Below, in pieces: positions 1-12,700 of a stretch of 64,000 nt of DNA. This stretch comes from Harriotta raleighana (Eukaryota), in assembly GCA_050575255.1 (NCBI GenBank), contig JBNZDD010013634.1, positions 2,367,846-2,431,845 on the forward strand. The letters are read 5' to 3'. The notes below the pieces were generated by a model. It made no database searches. It saw only the letters and a program-made list of their open reading frames with translations, and had not been told where the DNA came from. Position 1 is the first letter of the stretch. Each line of letters opens with the position of its first letter. The position numbers were made by a program, and so were the translations under genes.

Positions 1-86
1 GGTCTATTGTGTGGAGGTGATGGGCTGATGGTCTATTGTGTGGAGGTGATGGGCTGATGGTCTATTGTGTGGAGGTGATGGGCTGC
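1..86. repeat. Minisatellite, 29-bp unit x ~3, truncated by the window start
   Basis: ggtctattgtgtggaggtgatgggctgat repeated head to tail. Confidence 0.9.
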
Positions 87-2769
87 TAATGATGGGAGGA
101 GTCGCGCGGTTATTTGTTTTTGTTTTTTTGTTTTTTGTGTGACGCCGCGCTGACGTCACGTTTTTGATTTTTTTGCCCATTTTGCCTTCCCCCCCCCCCC
201 CCCCCCCCCCCCGCCCCTCGATCCCCGCTCACTCACTCGATGTGAAGTGACTGTATACTGTGATGTGAAGTGACTGTGGATTTATGGGGTGAATGTGGCA
301 GCCAATCTGTGCACAGCAATGTTCCCACAAACAATTGTTGTACAATATATATGCACCGAAGAAATACAAGCTTACTTTTACAAAATACTCTTCATATAGA
401 CAAGAGGCAAACTGCGCTGTTTGGGACTTCTAAATGATGGTTTGAACTCTATGTTCAATCTTTAAGGATGCATTTACGATGGGACATTTGTTCTTTGTTC
501 CTTCTGACATAAGGCAATCATTCCATCGGCATCCAATCTGTAGATTGGATCTGGGTATGGGCTGGGAGCACCAATGATGGAATCAAAGGTCTTATGTTGT
601 CATAACAATTTTTTTCCATCTGTAAACTTACATTTCACTTTAATACGATTGTAACAAGTGATTCTTCAGGCAACTGCAACAGCCAAAGAAAATCCACTCA
701 TGTCAGACCAGATCCGATACATTTATAAATCTAGAACCGCAAACAATTAGAAATGAGTATTTTCCTAAAATCACAAGATTGGTTTGGAAGATGGCCCATA
801 CAATCTTGTTCTTTCAGAAAAAACACCCTACCCCCTCTCCCATCACAGCATCTAGCTGCTTTTTAAATAAAGAGTATTCTGGTTTCAACTACCTCTCCTG
901 ACAATCTTTACTTTCTTCACATTAAAATGGCAATACATGATGTGGATATTATAGTTAGTTTTAATTGCTTGGCATAGCCGTGGATGGTTTTCTTCTAGTG
1001 AGTTGTGGTATCCAATTATAATTGATAGGTTTGGCGCAATGCAACATTTATATTCCTTGACAGGAAAATACTAACATTGCAAATGGTAACCATAATCTGA
1101 TGTGGTCTTGCGTGATTTGGGACGTTCTTCCCGATGAGTTGAATATGTTAGTCGGATGAACTATTTCTATCAATTTGTATCAGCATTTGCAAGAGAAACT
1201 TTCCACTATGTCATGTGAGCTGTCATTGCTTCTCTTTAAAAATGTATCTATATAAGTTACAGAAACTTTTATTGACTCGTTTATGGGAAACACTCAGTCT
1301 CAAGCAGTGCTCATTTTGCCAGAGAACAGAATTGGTATGAACATACAGCTCCAAAACATTACATATGCAAGTGTGCAATACACCCCCGCACTTAATCTCT
1401 TCAGTGTCATACAGCAGACTAAGTCCAGAGCCAATGCTATTCAATTAGTGCTCATTTAATTTTATGGGAATCATTTAGGAACTTTTGCTGCCTCTAGGAA
1501 ATTGAATGCGACTCACAGATTATTCAGCAACAGATCATGGATAATTATAACCAAAACCAAATAAACCACGCAAGGATTTGGGAGAGAAAAAAATGTTAAC
1601 TATGAAGAATCTTTGACATTTGGTCATGGGGAGGAAGGGAGGTGGAATGGGATGGGGAATGGGAAGGGAGGGGTGAGAGGTTGCGAGTGCCATATGAAGA
1701 TAATTTGAAGAAATTGTCTTTGTGGCTGTCCGCCTGCTGGAAATGTCAGTGGAAAGCCCTGAGGGACTTGTATCCAGACATCCTTCTCCTCTGGAGAATG
1801 CAATCCAAGATCACTGCAGCCCAGCTGACTGTGCCTGCGCTTCTCCGTACCAGCATTGTCAAGTGCCAGCAAGGTTCTTAATCTTAGTCATCAGTCATCA
1901 TTATAAAGCTGGGTTATTGCCAAACATTAGGCTTATATGTGAGCATTTTTCTACCCCTGCTATTTGCAAGTCATCCATTTAACTGCCTCTGTTGTAAACA
2001 GCCTTTCATATTGATGTGTTTAGGCAGCTCAAGTTCTCTTTCAACTTACCGTATGAAAAATGGCCGTACTCGTCCCGTACAGGAAATGTAATGATGGATA
2101 TTCTTGTTCATCACATTCTTTCATTTGAATACTTTGTGACAGTATTGGCTGAATTCTGTGTATATAGGACCAACCAGTTTAAACTTTGGCAATGTCACAC
2201 ACTTTGTGCTAGAGTGATGCAAACATAAGAATGCTATTTTCTTTTTGTCTCTGGAAACATGTCACAAACTGTGTATGCAAGCCCTCTTTTTTGGGGTGGG
2301 CAACAGTACTATTTATATTAAAAGAGAGGAAAAATATATATAAAAACATTGAAGTGTTTGTGACATTTCATCACGTGAATGCCTGCTCCTCCAAGAATTT
2401 ATCCAACCTAATCCCAACAGGATTTATTGTAAATTGCAGTGATGTGCATTTTATCTACCCAATACATATTCTATACTTTACAATAAATCCTACAAAGTGC
2501 TGAACGGCCAACATGAAACATGTTGTATCAAATGCAATGATTATTAGGATTCTTAATCTTCTCATTTCCCCCTAATAACTTTTCTCTCCATATGCTTGTC
2601 CAATTCTTTTTAAACAGTCCCAAATGATGTTTCTCTAATAGCAAATCATTTCATACTTCCTATGCCAGAGATGCTGTTTTTGGATGAGGCATTGAACTAA
2701 AGTGACGCCTGCCTGTTTAGATGGGTGTTAAAAATCCTATTCAACTATACAAAGAGAGAATGAAGATGA

Positions 2770-3084
2770 TAATAATAATAATCCATGCATTTGCTAAAGC
2801 TCTTTCACGTCTTATCGACGTCTCAAAGCGCTTCGCGGAATGTACTGTAAAGTGAATGGACTGTAAAATTGTGGGCGGAATGCAGCAGCCAATTGCCACA
2901 GCAGTGTCCCCACAAACAGTCATGGATTGAAATGACCAATTTTCTTATTGTGTTTGTTTTGGAGGGATTATTATTCGGTGTGTGTGTGTGTATGGAATAA
3001 GGAAACTTGCCCAAGGTTTGGCCCTGACCCGCCTGATTCGAACACAGGTCTCATGCTTGTAAGGCGAGTGTTTTAACAACTGAG
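2770..3084 (-). mobile_element. Near full-length tRNA-derived SINE with L2-like tail
   Basis: Reverse complement of the copy at 34159; has B-box GTTCGAATC and the gtgaa..gctttgagacg..(att)n tail. Confidence 0.85.
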
Positions 3085-5410
3085 TCACTCGCTCACTCAC
3101 TGTCTCACTCGCTCATTCCCTCCCTCACTATCACACACACACTCACTCACTCACTGTCTCCCTTCCTCACCCCTCCCTTCCTCCCTCCGCCCCACTGAGT
3201 GAGAAAGCGAGGACATCATTATCCTGGTGTCTTGGACAGAAATCCTGCACATCGACTGGTAATTCACCTGGGAAAGGCAGTTTGATGGACTTCACTGGCA
3301 CAACAGCTTACCATGTTTGCCAACAAAAACAATGACTTATTCTTGATAATAATTATACATGAAGCACTTTGAAGGTGTTTTCAGCATGAATAAGCACAAA
3401 AAAAAACTTGCAAGTTCTTTTTAAGTAGTTTATTGAGACCCTTCTGCCAGGTTTCTGCCAGTGCAGCTCTGTAATGGTATGCCAAGAGGTGTATGGGAGG
3501 TTCCTATTATTCCTGTGGGAAAGGTCATGATGGTTCAGCTAAGATTGAGAATTTGCCATATCGAGAATTACATGCGCAAAACTGCTTCTTACCACTTAGA
3601 ACGAAGCAAACTAGGGCACCCACATACTGCCCACTCTAAACAATTAATAAGTAATGCTCTCTAGCCTGTTTGTGTCATTTTCATCCAACCTTAAAACTGT
3701 TAACTGTGCTCAGTGGAACAATGAATGGGAAGAGGAGAGAGAGAGACTTGAAGCCTGTGCACTATTCTTGGGTTTTATATGACATCATTGCTGTTTCGGA
3801 ACATAAACTGAACTGCGATGAGATTACACGCTCCCTGCTGTCTATAATATATATTGGGTACTTTATCTGTGTCATTAACATTGATGGTCTTTCCATTTTT
3901 AACCACACGCTTGTGCTTGGAAACTGTGAGCTAAGGGAGGCGGTGTGCGTGTTGCTATTGAGAACCTTTGATTTATTTAAAATATCTTGCCTCTGTTGCG
4001 TTGGGAAGTGTAAAAACGCTCTGCTTCATAAGCAAAGGAGATGAAAACAAGATTGAGAGATTCTGAAGTCAATTTGTATTGTATTAATGCACCGATTTGT
4101 GAATTCTTTATTTATCCCTTTAGTACTTGGTGTGCATTTAGTGATGAGCATCAGTGAGAGACTGATAGGTTTACTTCTCCAGGGTTATAGGTTAGTGACT
4201 CTTAGCAAAATTGTACTTCGAATATCTATGAAAGAATGCTAACTTTCCGATATGTTATCATACTTAATAGTCCGCAACAGCACATGGTGTTCTAGAAGTA
4301 ATGGTTTAGCTTAGTGCCAGCAATGGTGTAGAATTAGCACAACACAGGGATGCATTGGTTTGGCACACAATACAAGAGGAGCTGGATTCCATTCCAATTC
4401 AGATTGATGATATGCGATAAATTTAATCTTTCTGCTATTTGCATGTGGAGTAAGGAAACTTGCCTAAAGTTTCAATCCCTGCCAGTATACAAACCCAGGA
4501 CTCTCGCTTGCAAGGTGAGTGCTCTCATCACTGAGCTACAGGGCAGCTCCCACCACTCACTACCCCTGCTATAACCTCCTGCCCCCTTACCTGGCTATAA
4601 CACCTGCCCTCCCACCTCTGAATCATAGAATCTTACAACACAGAAGGAGGCAATTCCACTCATCATGCTGGTGGAGGCTCTTTGAAAGAAATATTCAACT
4701 ACTCCCACCTCCCCGATCTTATCCATCCCATCGCCCTGCAATTTTTACCTTTTCAATTCCCTTTTGAAAGCTACTGTCAAATTTGGTTCCAGCTTCCAGG
4801 CAGTGCATTCCAAATTGTGGGAAGTGAGAAAAGTGAATTCTTCTGAATCATTTACAAAACAAATATTAATTAGCAAAGGAAACCAAATTTTTCTTCTGGG
4901 ATGATGCAGTGATTAACACTCTGTAACTTGTGACCGAAACAAACAGAATTCAACTCATGCCTGTGTTTTACATAAGCTCTGGATCTCTCCCTGTCATGGA
5001 AGAGTTGCCATAACTCACAGTTCCCAGTGTGATATCCTGAGCGAAGCTTGGAAATTTGCAGGAAATTATATTTGCAGATGTTTTATAATCAAAAACTTGC
5101 ACATGTTTTGGGAGAATTGCAAAGATAATTAAATACTCTTTTAAGAGTTTCCCAGAAAGAGGAAAAAGTCATCAAAACCTTCCCTCCCACATCAATAATA
5201 ATACAATACTTACACTATTCAAAATTATTATTATCATTTGCAATCAAGCCCTGATCTTAGCAGCTTTGTGGTACTCATGATGCTTAGCAGCATTATGCGC
5301 ATGTATCCATGATCACTGGGTTACTCGACTCTCTACCTCCTCCTTGCTCCCACCCTCCCCCTCCCCCCTCCCCCCGAACATTTCCCCCTGCTCGGGTCTT
5401 AAATCATCTG

Positions 5411-5493
5411 TCCAGCGCCTTGGGACGTCCTCCTGACGTGAAACGCGCTCTATAAATGTAATTTTGTTGTTGTTGTTGTTGTTGTTGTTGTTA
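5411..5493 (+). mobile_element. L2-type 3' tail with (GTT)n; other copies at ~37800-37850, 37950-37995, 40775-40830, 45528-45595, 57775-57845, 61605-61665
   Basis: gcgccttgggacgtcctcc(t/c)gacgtgaaa(c/g)gcgctctataaatgtaattttgttgttg recurs through the window. Confidence 0.8.
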
Positions 5494-8400
5494 CTCAATT
5501 CTCAATCTTTTGCTGGTCGTGCTTTCACTGCTGATAAATGCACTCGCTAGCGTGGACCTAGCAATTTAACATGTTGTGTGTTATCTTCCTCTCCAATATA
5601 ATGCACACATTAAGTGTGCTGTGCAAATAAAATTGATTTGATCAAGGCATTGGTTTCTGGAATTACAGGAAAAACACAGCACAGCTTTGGTGAAATGTAA
5701 CCAGAAGAGGGGAAGTAGACTGAGAAAGCTAAAAGCTACCGGGATCATTTTGCTACCATTTGGTGTAATTGTCTTTCTCTTTGTGAAATGACACATCACT
5801 GAAACAAATCAAATCTCTATTTTTGTGATTGAAAAAACCACTCAAATATTTTCACTGGCAAAAAAGGTACCTATTTAAATAAACTGTTATTGTCATGATT
5901 CATTAATCAATCTCATTAAAGAGACAGTTGTCGTTGTGTGATCACATTTCAAGGTGGGAAATAGGCAGCTATCAGGGGAAGAAGTCAATCAATCAAGAGG
6001 TATGAGTAGCATTGAGTTATTTAATATTTCTTTACTTTGGGACAGACCAAGATTGACTACAATGATCTTTTCCAGTTCTGCACATTCCTTTGGTCTCTTT
6101 AAAACATTTAAACTAACACTGGTTAATCATCCCTGGGAGAGAGCTATTTGCAGTGAATAGCATAAATCGAGCTTCCCGGTTGGAATCACTCTAAAACTGG
6201 AAATTATATTCATTTCTAGCAGTATAAATCAGGCACAGGGTTCAGCATTACCCTTTTATGTGAATATTTGTTAGCTATGTTGGTGATGCCAATTGTTTTT
6301 CATGATTATGGTCCACGGAGTTTTTTAAGAATAATAATGTTGTATCATTTTTCAATGCACGCTCAGTTGGAATGAATGAATTGTTAGCAGTTTATAGAGT
6401 GTCTTTAGTTGAGGATTGCTGATGTTAGCGGAATGTGGTTGAGGTTTAGTTGTGTGTCTCTGTGTATGATAATGAGATACAGGATCTGTTGCATGGTCAT
6501 TCTTCTTGGAAATACTGTAGAAATGTACCAACTGGCAGTTTTGTCTAATGATTTAGTCCCAACAAACTGTTTGTTTGTGTGACACATGCTTCTCTTATCA
6601 CACAGAAGTCACAAGGAGTTTATAGCACAGCAGGCCAGTGGCCTATTCATCCTATGCTGGATGCATTTACTCTAAACCCAATACCCTTTCTCTGGACACT
6701 TGCTTTAGATGAATCAGCAAACCAAGGTCCTCTCTGCCTATTCAGGCTGAAGATCCCGTGACACAATTTATACAGAGAAAGGAGTTTCACTGCATTCAAA
6801 CAGTTGACCAACGAATACTGTGTAGAAATGGAACTTCTGTAGTTGTAGTTGCTTGTCTTTGCACCTGAACAAACACAGAATCCCTCTTGCCTTTTGCTCT
6901 ATGGGCTTTTCTACCTGTGTTCCCACCTTTACATTTGCAGCTATGACATGCACTTGATTTATCACAATTGAGCTTTGCAACACTCAGTATTACAACAACA
7001 ACAACAACAACAACTTCAATTTATATAGCGCCCTCCACGCCGGATAGCGACTCAGAGTCTTGGAACAATAGGAAATGGAGTAAAGGAGATTCCTCTTGGG
7101 TCAATCAGATAGGCCAGCTGGCTGCTGTACATATTTGCTAGAGAATTGTAAATCCCATTCTGTGCCCTATCTCTATATTGTAATTTATAACCATTCATAC
7201 AACTCCCATGATTTGGGAAACATAGCAAACAAGATTTTTGTTCACAATTGTCATGTCTAGTAACTTTATGAGAATTCTGAGAAGAAGTGTGATACTAACA
7301 TGTTCCAGAAGATTTTTGTTTTAAAAAGAGGTCAATTTCATTTTCGAAGGTTCACTGGAAACAAATCATTTATTGTAAGAAACATGCGGTTATACCTCAG
7401 TCTTCAAGATGCCTGTTATTTTTGCATAATAAACTAACAGATTCCAATGTTTTCCAGAAAATTCTTGGGCCTCTAACCTCCTAAGACATTGCAGTAATTA
7501 TAAAAGTCAAAGAATGTTATTCACTAAACAAAGATTCAAATTAGAAAGACCATTGATTTATCTTGGCAGTGCTTTTAAATGGATTCTTTCCCCTTTCTAT
7601 CTTGAAACAAAATGCCTGTCCTGTGTTTTATTTCTCTTTGTGATGACATTTGAAGACAACAATTGATGGATGATTGTTGAATGACTCAATTATATAGTAC
7701 AGTACAGTACTTCAATGGACATTTTTTTGTGTTCGGCCGGGTGTCTGATACATGTGGGAGCCATTCCAGACTCATCACCATGCTTGTGGCTTTGTTCTGA
7801 TATTTCATTGCCAAATATGTCACCTTGAAGCCTAGGAGGATAATGGACAATTGATGTACCTAAATGTATTCAAAATATCAATGAACTTTTAAAAATAAGA
7901 TCCTAAATTCTCTATTACTGTACATGGAATTGCCTCAAAGCAGTTCATGTGAATCTTGCAGGGATCCATTTGTGCAAGATAGTGAATTCAACCTGACAGA
8001 GGTGGAATTTTTTTTAAATGGGATTGAAAATGGAAACCCAAAACAATACTTATAGTAGAACAAGAGGCTACAGGGCAACTTCAGGACACACAACAGGAGG
8101 TTTTTCTTTACCTAGAGAAATTAATGACTAGAACAGGTTGCCATGAAGCTAGTTGAGGCCAAGACACGTTTGTTTATTAAAAAAAAACAGCTTGATTCTG
8201 TGATGGGAGGACCATAGGGTCGATGTTCTGGAAAGATTAAATCAGATAGGTTTTCCTCATCCAAACCGATCTTGTATGTTCTTATGTGAACCCCTTTCCT
8301 CCCTTTGAGGTTCGAGTTGAGATCCAGTCAAACCACCACCCCCTCCCCATAAGAGGAAAAGCAAAAGAAAAACAACAAATCTTTCTTAAACATTTGGGAC

Positions 8401-9159
8401 ATTCTATTTTTGGAAATAAATCACTTAAAGCTGCATTTCTAAAAGAAATGAATCCAAAGTTATTATCCGAGAAACAGAAACAGATCCTTACCACCACTTC
8501 CACCCTCCCACTCAAAATAATCACATGAAAAATATGTGATCTGTAACCCCTTCCCCATTCACCCTCCCCCCCACCCCCAGCGACTTCATGTTGTATCACA
8601 TTTGAACCACAAACTGCGTTGTAAGCAGCAGAATATATTTTTTCAAACCTTGAATCAAAGTTTCCATTTTAGCAGCAGAAACTGATCATTAATCTGCTGT
8701 TGTTTGGAATCTTATTCCAAAAAGCATGAAAGGAGGGCAATTAGCCTCATGTAAAACGTGCTGTTTCCCAATCTTTCTCTCCCCCCACAACCCCCCAACT
8801 GAATGCATCTTTGCCAATCCTGTTTCCATTTTTATTATTAAATTGGAAACCAATATGGTTTTAACTGTTGTGGTTGACTGGCTTCAATACAACCCACTTG
8901 TGGTTGCACATGTCTCAATGCCTTCATTACCCTTCATAGGAAAATGTTTCTTCTAACCTCACACTTAGGCTACTACTGCAGTCATAATTTTGCATATGTG
9001 CTCCCTGAAAAAACAGCGGAAATAAATCGACACTGTTTTGCCCTTCTCATACATGTTGAATGGTTTTTTGAACTTTTTTTGAACAAAAGAAACGTTTTTT
9101 TAAAAATCATGCTAACTCCCTGCTTGTTGGTTTTCACTACATTTCGTTCCACAAACTAC

Positions 9160-9725
9160 TGATTATTCAGACCTCTGCAGCTCATGTCCTCTCTCTCACC
9201 AGGCTACATCCCCCCATCAACCCCATACTGTGTGCAATGCGCTGCTGCATTTCATCTACAAAATTCAGTCATTCCACTTTGCAGCATATTCTGTGAAGCG
9301 CTTTGAGATGTCTCAGTGACGTGATGAGGCACTCTATCAAATGTGAGGATTGTTGGTATTATCCTCGTCTGGCTCAATGGCTCCCCATTCCCCCAAAGGA
9401 TTGAGTTCAAAGTCCTCGCCCTCGCTTTCAAAGCCCTTCATGGCCTTTCCGCTCTCTCCGCTCAATGGACTCTGGTGTGCCCCATGTTCACCACCCTGCC
9501 TGCCCTTCTACCAGCGATTGGGACCTCAGCCTTTCCACCCCACCCTTTGGAACTCCATCCCAGAACCCTTCTGCCACCTTCAAGGCTTCCTCTTTGACTG
9601 TGCATTCGATCACTCTACCTACCCTCACCCTCCCTGCACTCCACCCTTCCTTATCCAACTCTCCAGCTCTTTGGGACGTCTTCCTGACATGAAAGGCGCT
9701 AAGCAAACAAATTTGTTGTTGTTGA
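9160..9725 (+). mobile_element. L2-clade LINE 3' fragment interrupted by a SINE piece
   Basis: Translates as IIQTSAAHVLSLTR..PINPI / ..PQRIEFKVLALAFKALHGL, the typical L2 ORF2 C-terminus; ends in ttgggacgtc..tgaaaggcgcta..(gtt)n. Confidence 0.85.
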
Positions 9726-12700
9726 AATTGTTGATAACCTAAAAGAAACAAATGTGCGGATGTTTCCACATGGTGGCGATGTGGGGCATTTGTACAATTT
9801 GTGGCAGATTCAAGGAAACAATCTGGGTATCCTTCTAAATATCCAAGAGAAGAAAAAACTGGAATTCCAAATGCAATTTATGATTCCACATTATTAAAAT
9901 AACATCACTTTATTCCCCATTTGTTTTAATCTTTTCTTCTTTGAGAAGTTCCTCCTACCTCAAAAGTGCAAATCGTAGTTGTTAGAATTTTGCAATAGAA
10001 TAACAATAATAATCCTTCCATTTTGTATAGTGCCTTATCGTATTGGTGAGACGTCGCAAAGAGCTTCACAGAATACATTGTAAAGTGGATTGACTGTATT
10101 TAGCGGGTGAAAAATACAGCGATTTAATTACAGTATAATCATTATAGCTGCCTAAAATTTCCAATAAGCAATATGTAATTTGCTAAATCAAATATGTAAT
10201 TTCTACGCTAAAAGAGGATTGATTAGGTTTTAAACCATTCTTTAACTTGTTGTTAGTCCACAGTATCTCAGTCTACTGTACTACTGAGCATCACAGAACA
10301 GCGCTGCGTTTAACTTACTGATTTAAGCAAATGCAGAAATTGCTATAATTGGCCTCAGAATCATGTGAGCTCGGGAGGGGAAAAGTCATATATACAAAAG
10401 ATCACTCCTCTGAACTGGCTATCTGGTGAACCGTGCTGCAAAGTACATATTATTAAATGAGGGCAGCATTGGGATTGGCTGCGATGTAGTTTCGCACAGA
10501 CACACGACGTGGAAATGATTGTGAAGAATGCAGGTCTGGGCAATGTACCAAAGGGTGACAGGAACTGATGTGACCATACCCTTGCCATTGTCAGCTCCTT
10601 CAGAAAAGGGGAGAGGTTAGAGGGGGAATAATGCTTTGGTTGTGTGTGTGTGTGTGTGTGTTTAAAAAAAGAAACTCTAGCTGCAAAATAAATGTAATGC
10701 AGAGGTCAGTTTTAGTGACTATTGCTGTGTCCAGTGTTAGATAATTCCAAGTTCCTGTCCTCAATATCCTGCAGTGCAGAATATAATGATTAAGTGCTGT
10801 TTTCCGAAGTGCAGAGATTATGGTGTATACTGATTGAATGGTTTGTCCGACAGTGCAAAGATTACATGGTAACTGTGTGCTCAATGGCATCAGTTCAAAT
10901 CTTGATAATACAGATTCCCACAATTAACCATTAACCTCTTTCCCTTACTCAAGGTAGAAGGGAAAAAGAAACTCGATCCTACACATAACCACAAGGATCT
11001 GTTTAGTTCCCGGCGAGCATCTGTGTGCTCCTCACTCTAGGCTTATCTGTATTGAATCTGTGTGTTCTGTATTGCCAGGATTGGGAGCATGTGGAGATTC
11101 ATTGGTCCAAAAGAGCAGGTGTCTTGTAGGTAATATTTTCACCAGTGGAGGGCAGCTGCTGTGTTTGATATCAATTATTTGTCCAAGTCTATGAAATGGC
11201 TATGACATGACAGTGACATTCAGAAGAGATGTTTTTTCTTTCTTTTGGTACGTTCACCACTTATTTGACGCATAGAGTTCTGGTCCTACGGACTTCCTCT
11301 AACTTGTGCAATCAGGAAGAATGGGTTTGTCATGAAAGCAGATATTTGTTATTAGCCTAGGAAATGAAGCATACTTTGTGTATTTATTTTATTTCAAATC
11401 AATAAAAACCCTCTGTGTAATCTTGTACGCTTGCCCAATAATTCCAAGGTCCTGACCTCAATATCCCGTCGCGTCCAGAGAAAGGCCACAGAGAGTTCAG
11501 ACTGGTCCTGACTGCTGTCCGATTGTCTTCAGTAAAATTTTGTCAACAAACTGCATTTAAAGAAGAAGCATCTCTATTGCCTGTCCTTTCAATGAATGAG
11601 TAGAGGTGACTTGATGGTAGTTAACACATTTATCTTCATTTCTACAATCTAGGGTAATACAGTATAATAATTCTTGTATTTGATACAGCGACTTATTGTT
11701 GCCTTGTCTCATCCCCCTGATAGCCATGATGGTCGAACATGAAATAAATTTAGTTAACAGCAATATACTTCATCCCAGAGTCTCACTGACTCACTCCCTC
11801 ACCTCACTCCTGCACTTCAATCAAGACCTTCCTCTTTGATCGCGCCTTCGGTCATGGCTTCCCTCCACAACTCCTTTGGCTGCCACCCCAGTTCATGTTG
11901 CCATAAGCACGGTTGAAGAGGACTCTAACCTTTGCAGTTTATCCTGTGAAGCACTTTGAGATTTCCTCCTGAAAGGTGCTATATCAAATTGCAAGTATTA
12001 TTATTACTAATGTTTTTACCTGATGCTGCTATTATTGCAAAGTAAAGACTCGGCACGGAGTCTGGAAATATTACATGTTGTGCTGAAGCCAGTTGAAGGC
12101 CATTTATATAACGTTCAACATAAGTATGAGGTTCCTGGATTGGAGAGGTGATTTTGATTGGAATATAGGGTTTGAAAGATTTCAACTTTAGCAATACCGT
12201 TTTCTGTATTGTAAATTAAGTGTTTATATCAAACACCAATGTTTCTAATGCAAAATAGAATGTTTTTCAATGAGTCGCTGATTATCTGTTTAATGGTGCA
12301 CAACACAAGAATCTTTCATGTCTGGAACCTGATATGGACTGATAAGCCTCACCTTAGTGAAGGAATCCTGTGTGAAATGAGTTCAAGCAGATAAATCAAG
12401 ATTCTGCAGTTGCAGTTTAAATTTGGCTACTGAGAGCCATGAAAACATTGGTCTAAAATGTATTGGGTGCTTTTCTAAATTTGGGATTAGGTACCTTGTT
12501 CAACACAGTGGAATTAACTTGACTAAGTTATAACACAGTTATGTACATACATACCTAATTGTAAGATGCTTGTCACTGTGTTTCAGTCTCCAGCTAGGAC
12601 AACCTTCAAATGTATGAGTGCACATGTTCAGCCTAGAAAGATTATCTCAGGAACAAAATGCAATCTGCTATTTCTTGAAAATTATTTCCTACGTTGTGTT

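Noticed and set aside
1-86. Regular direct repeats suggesting a CRISPR array
   Set aside because: No unique spacers and a eukaryotic context; it is a plain minisatellite
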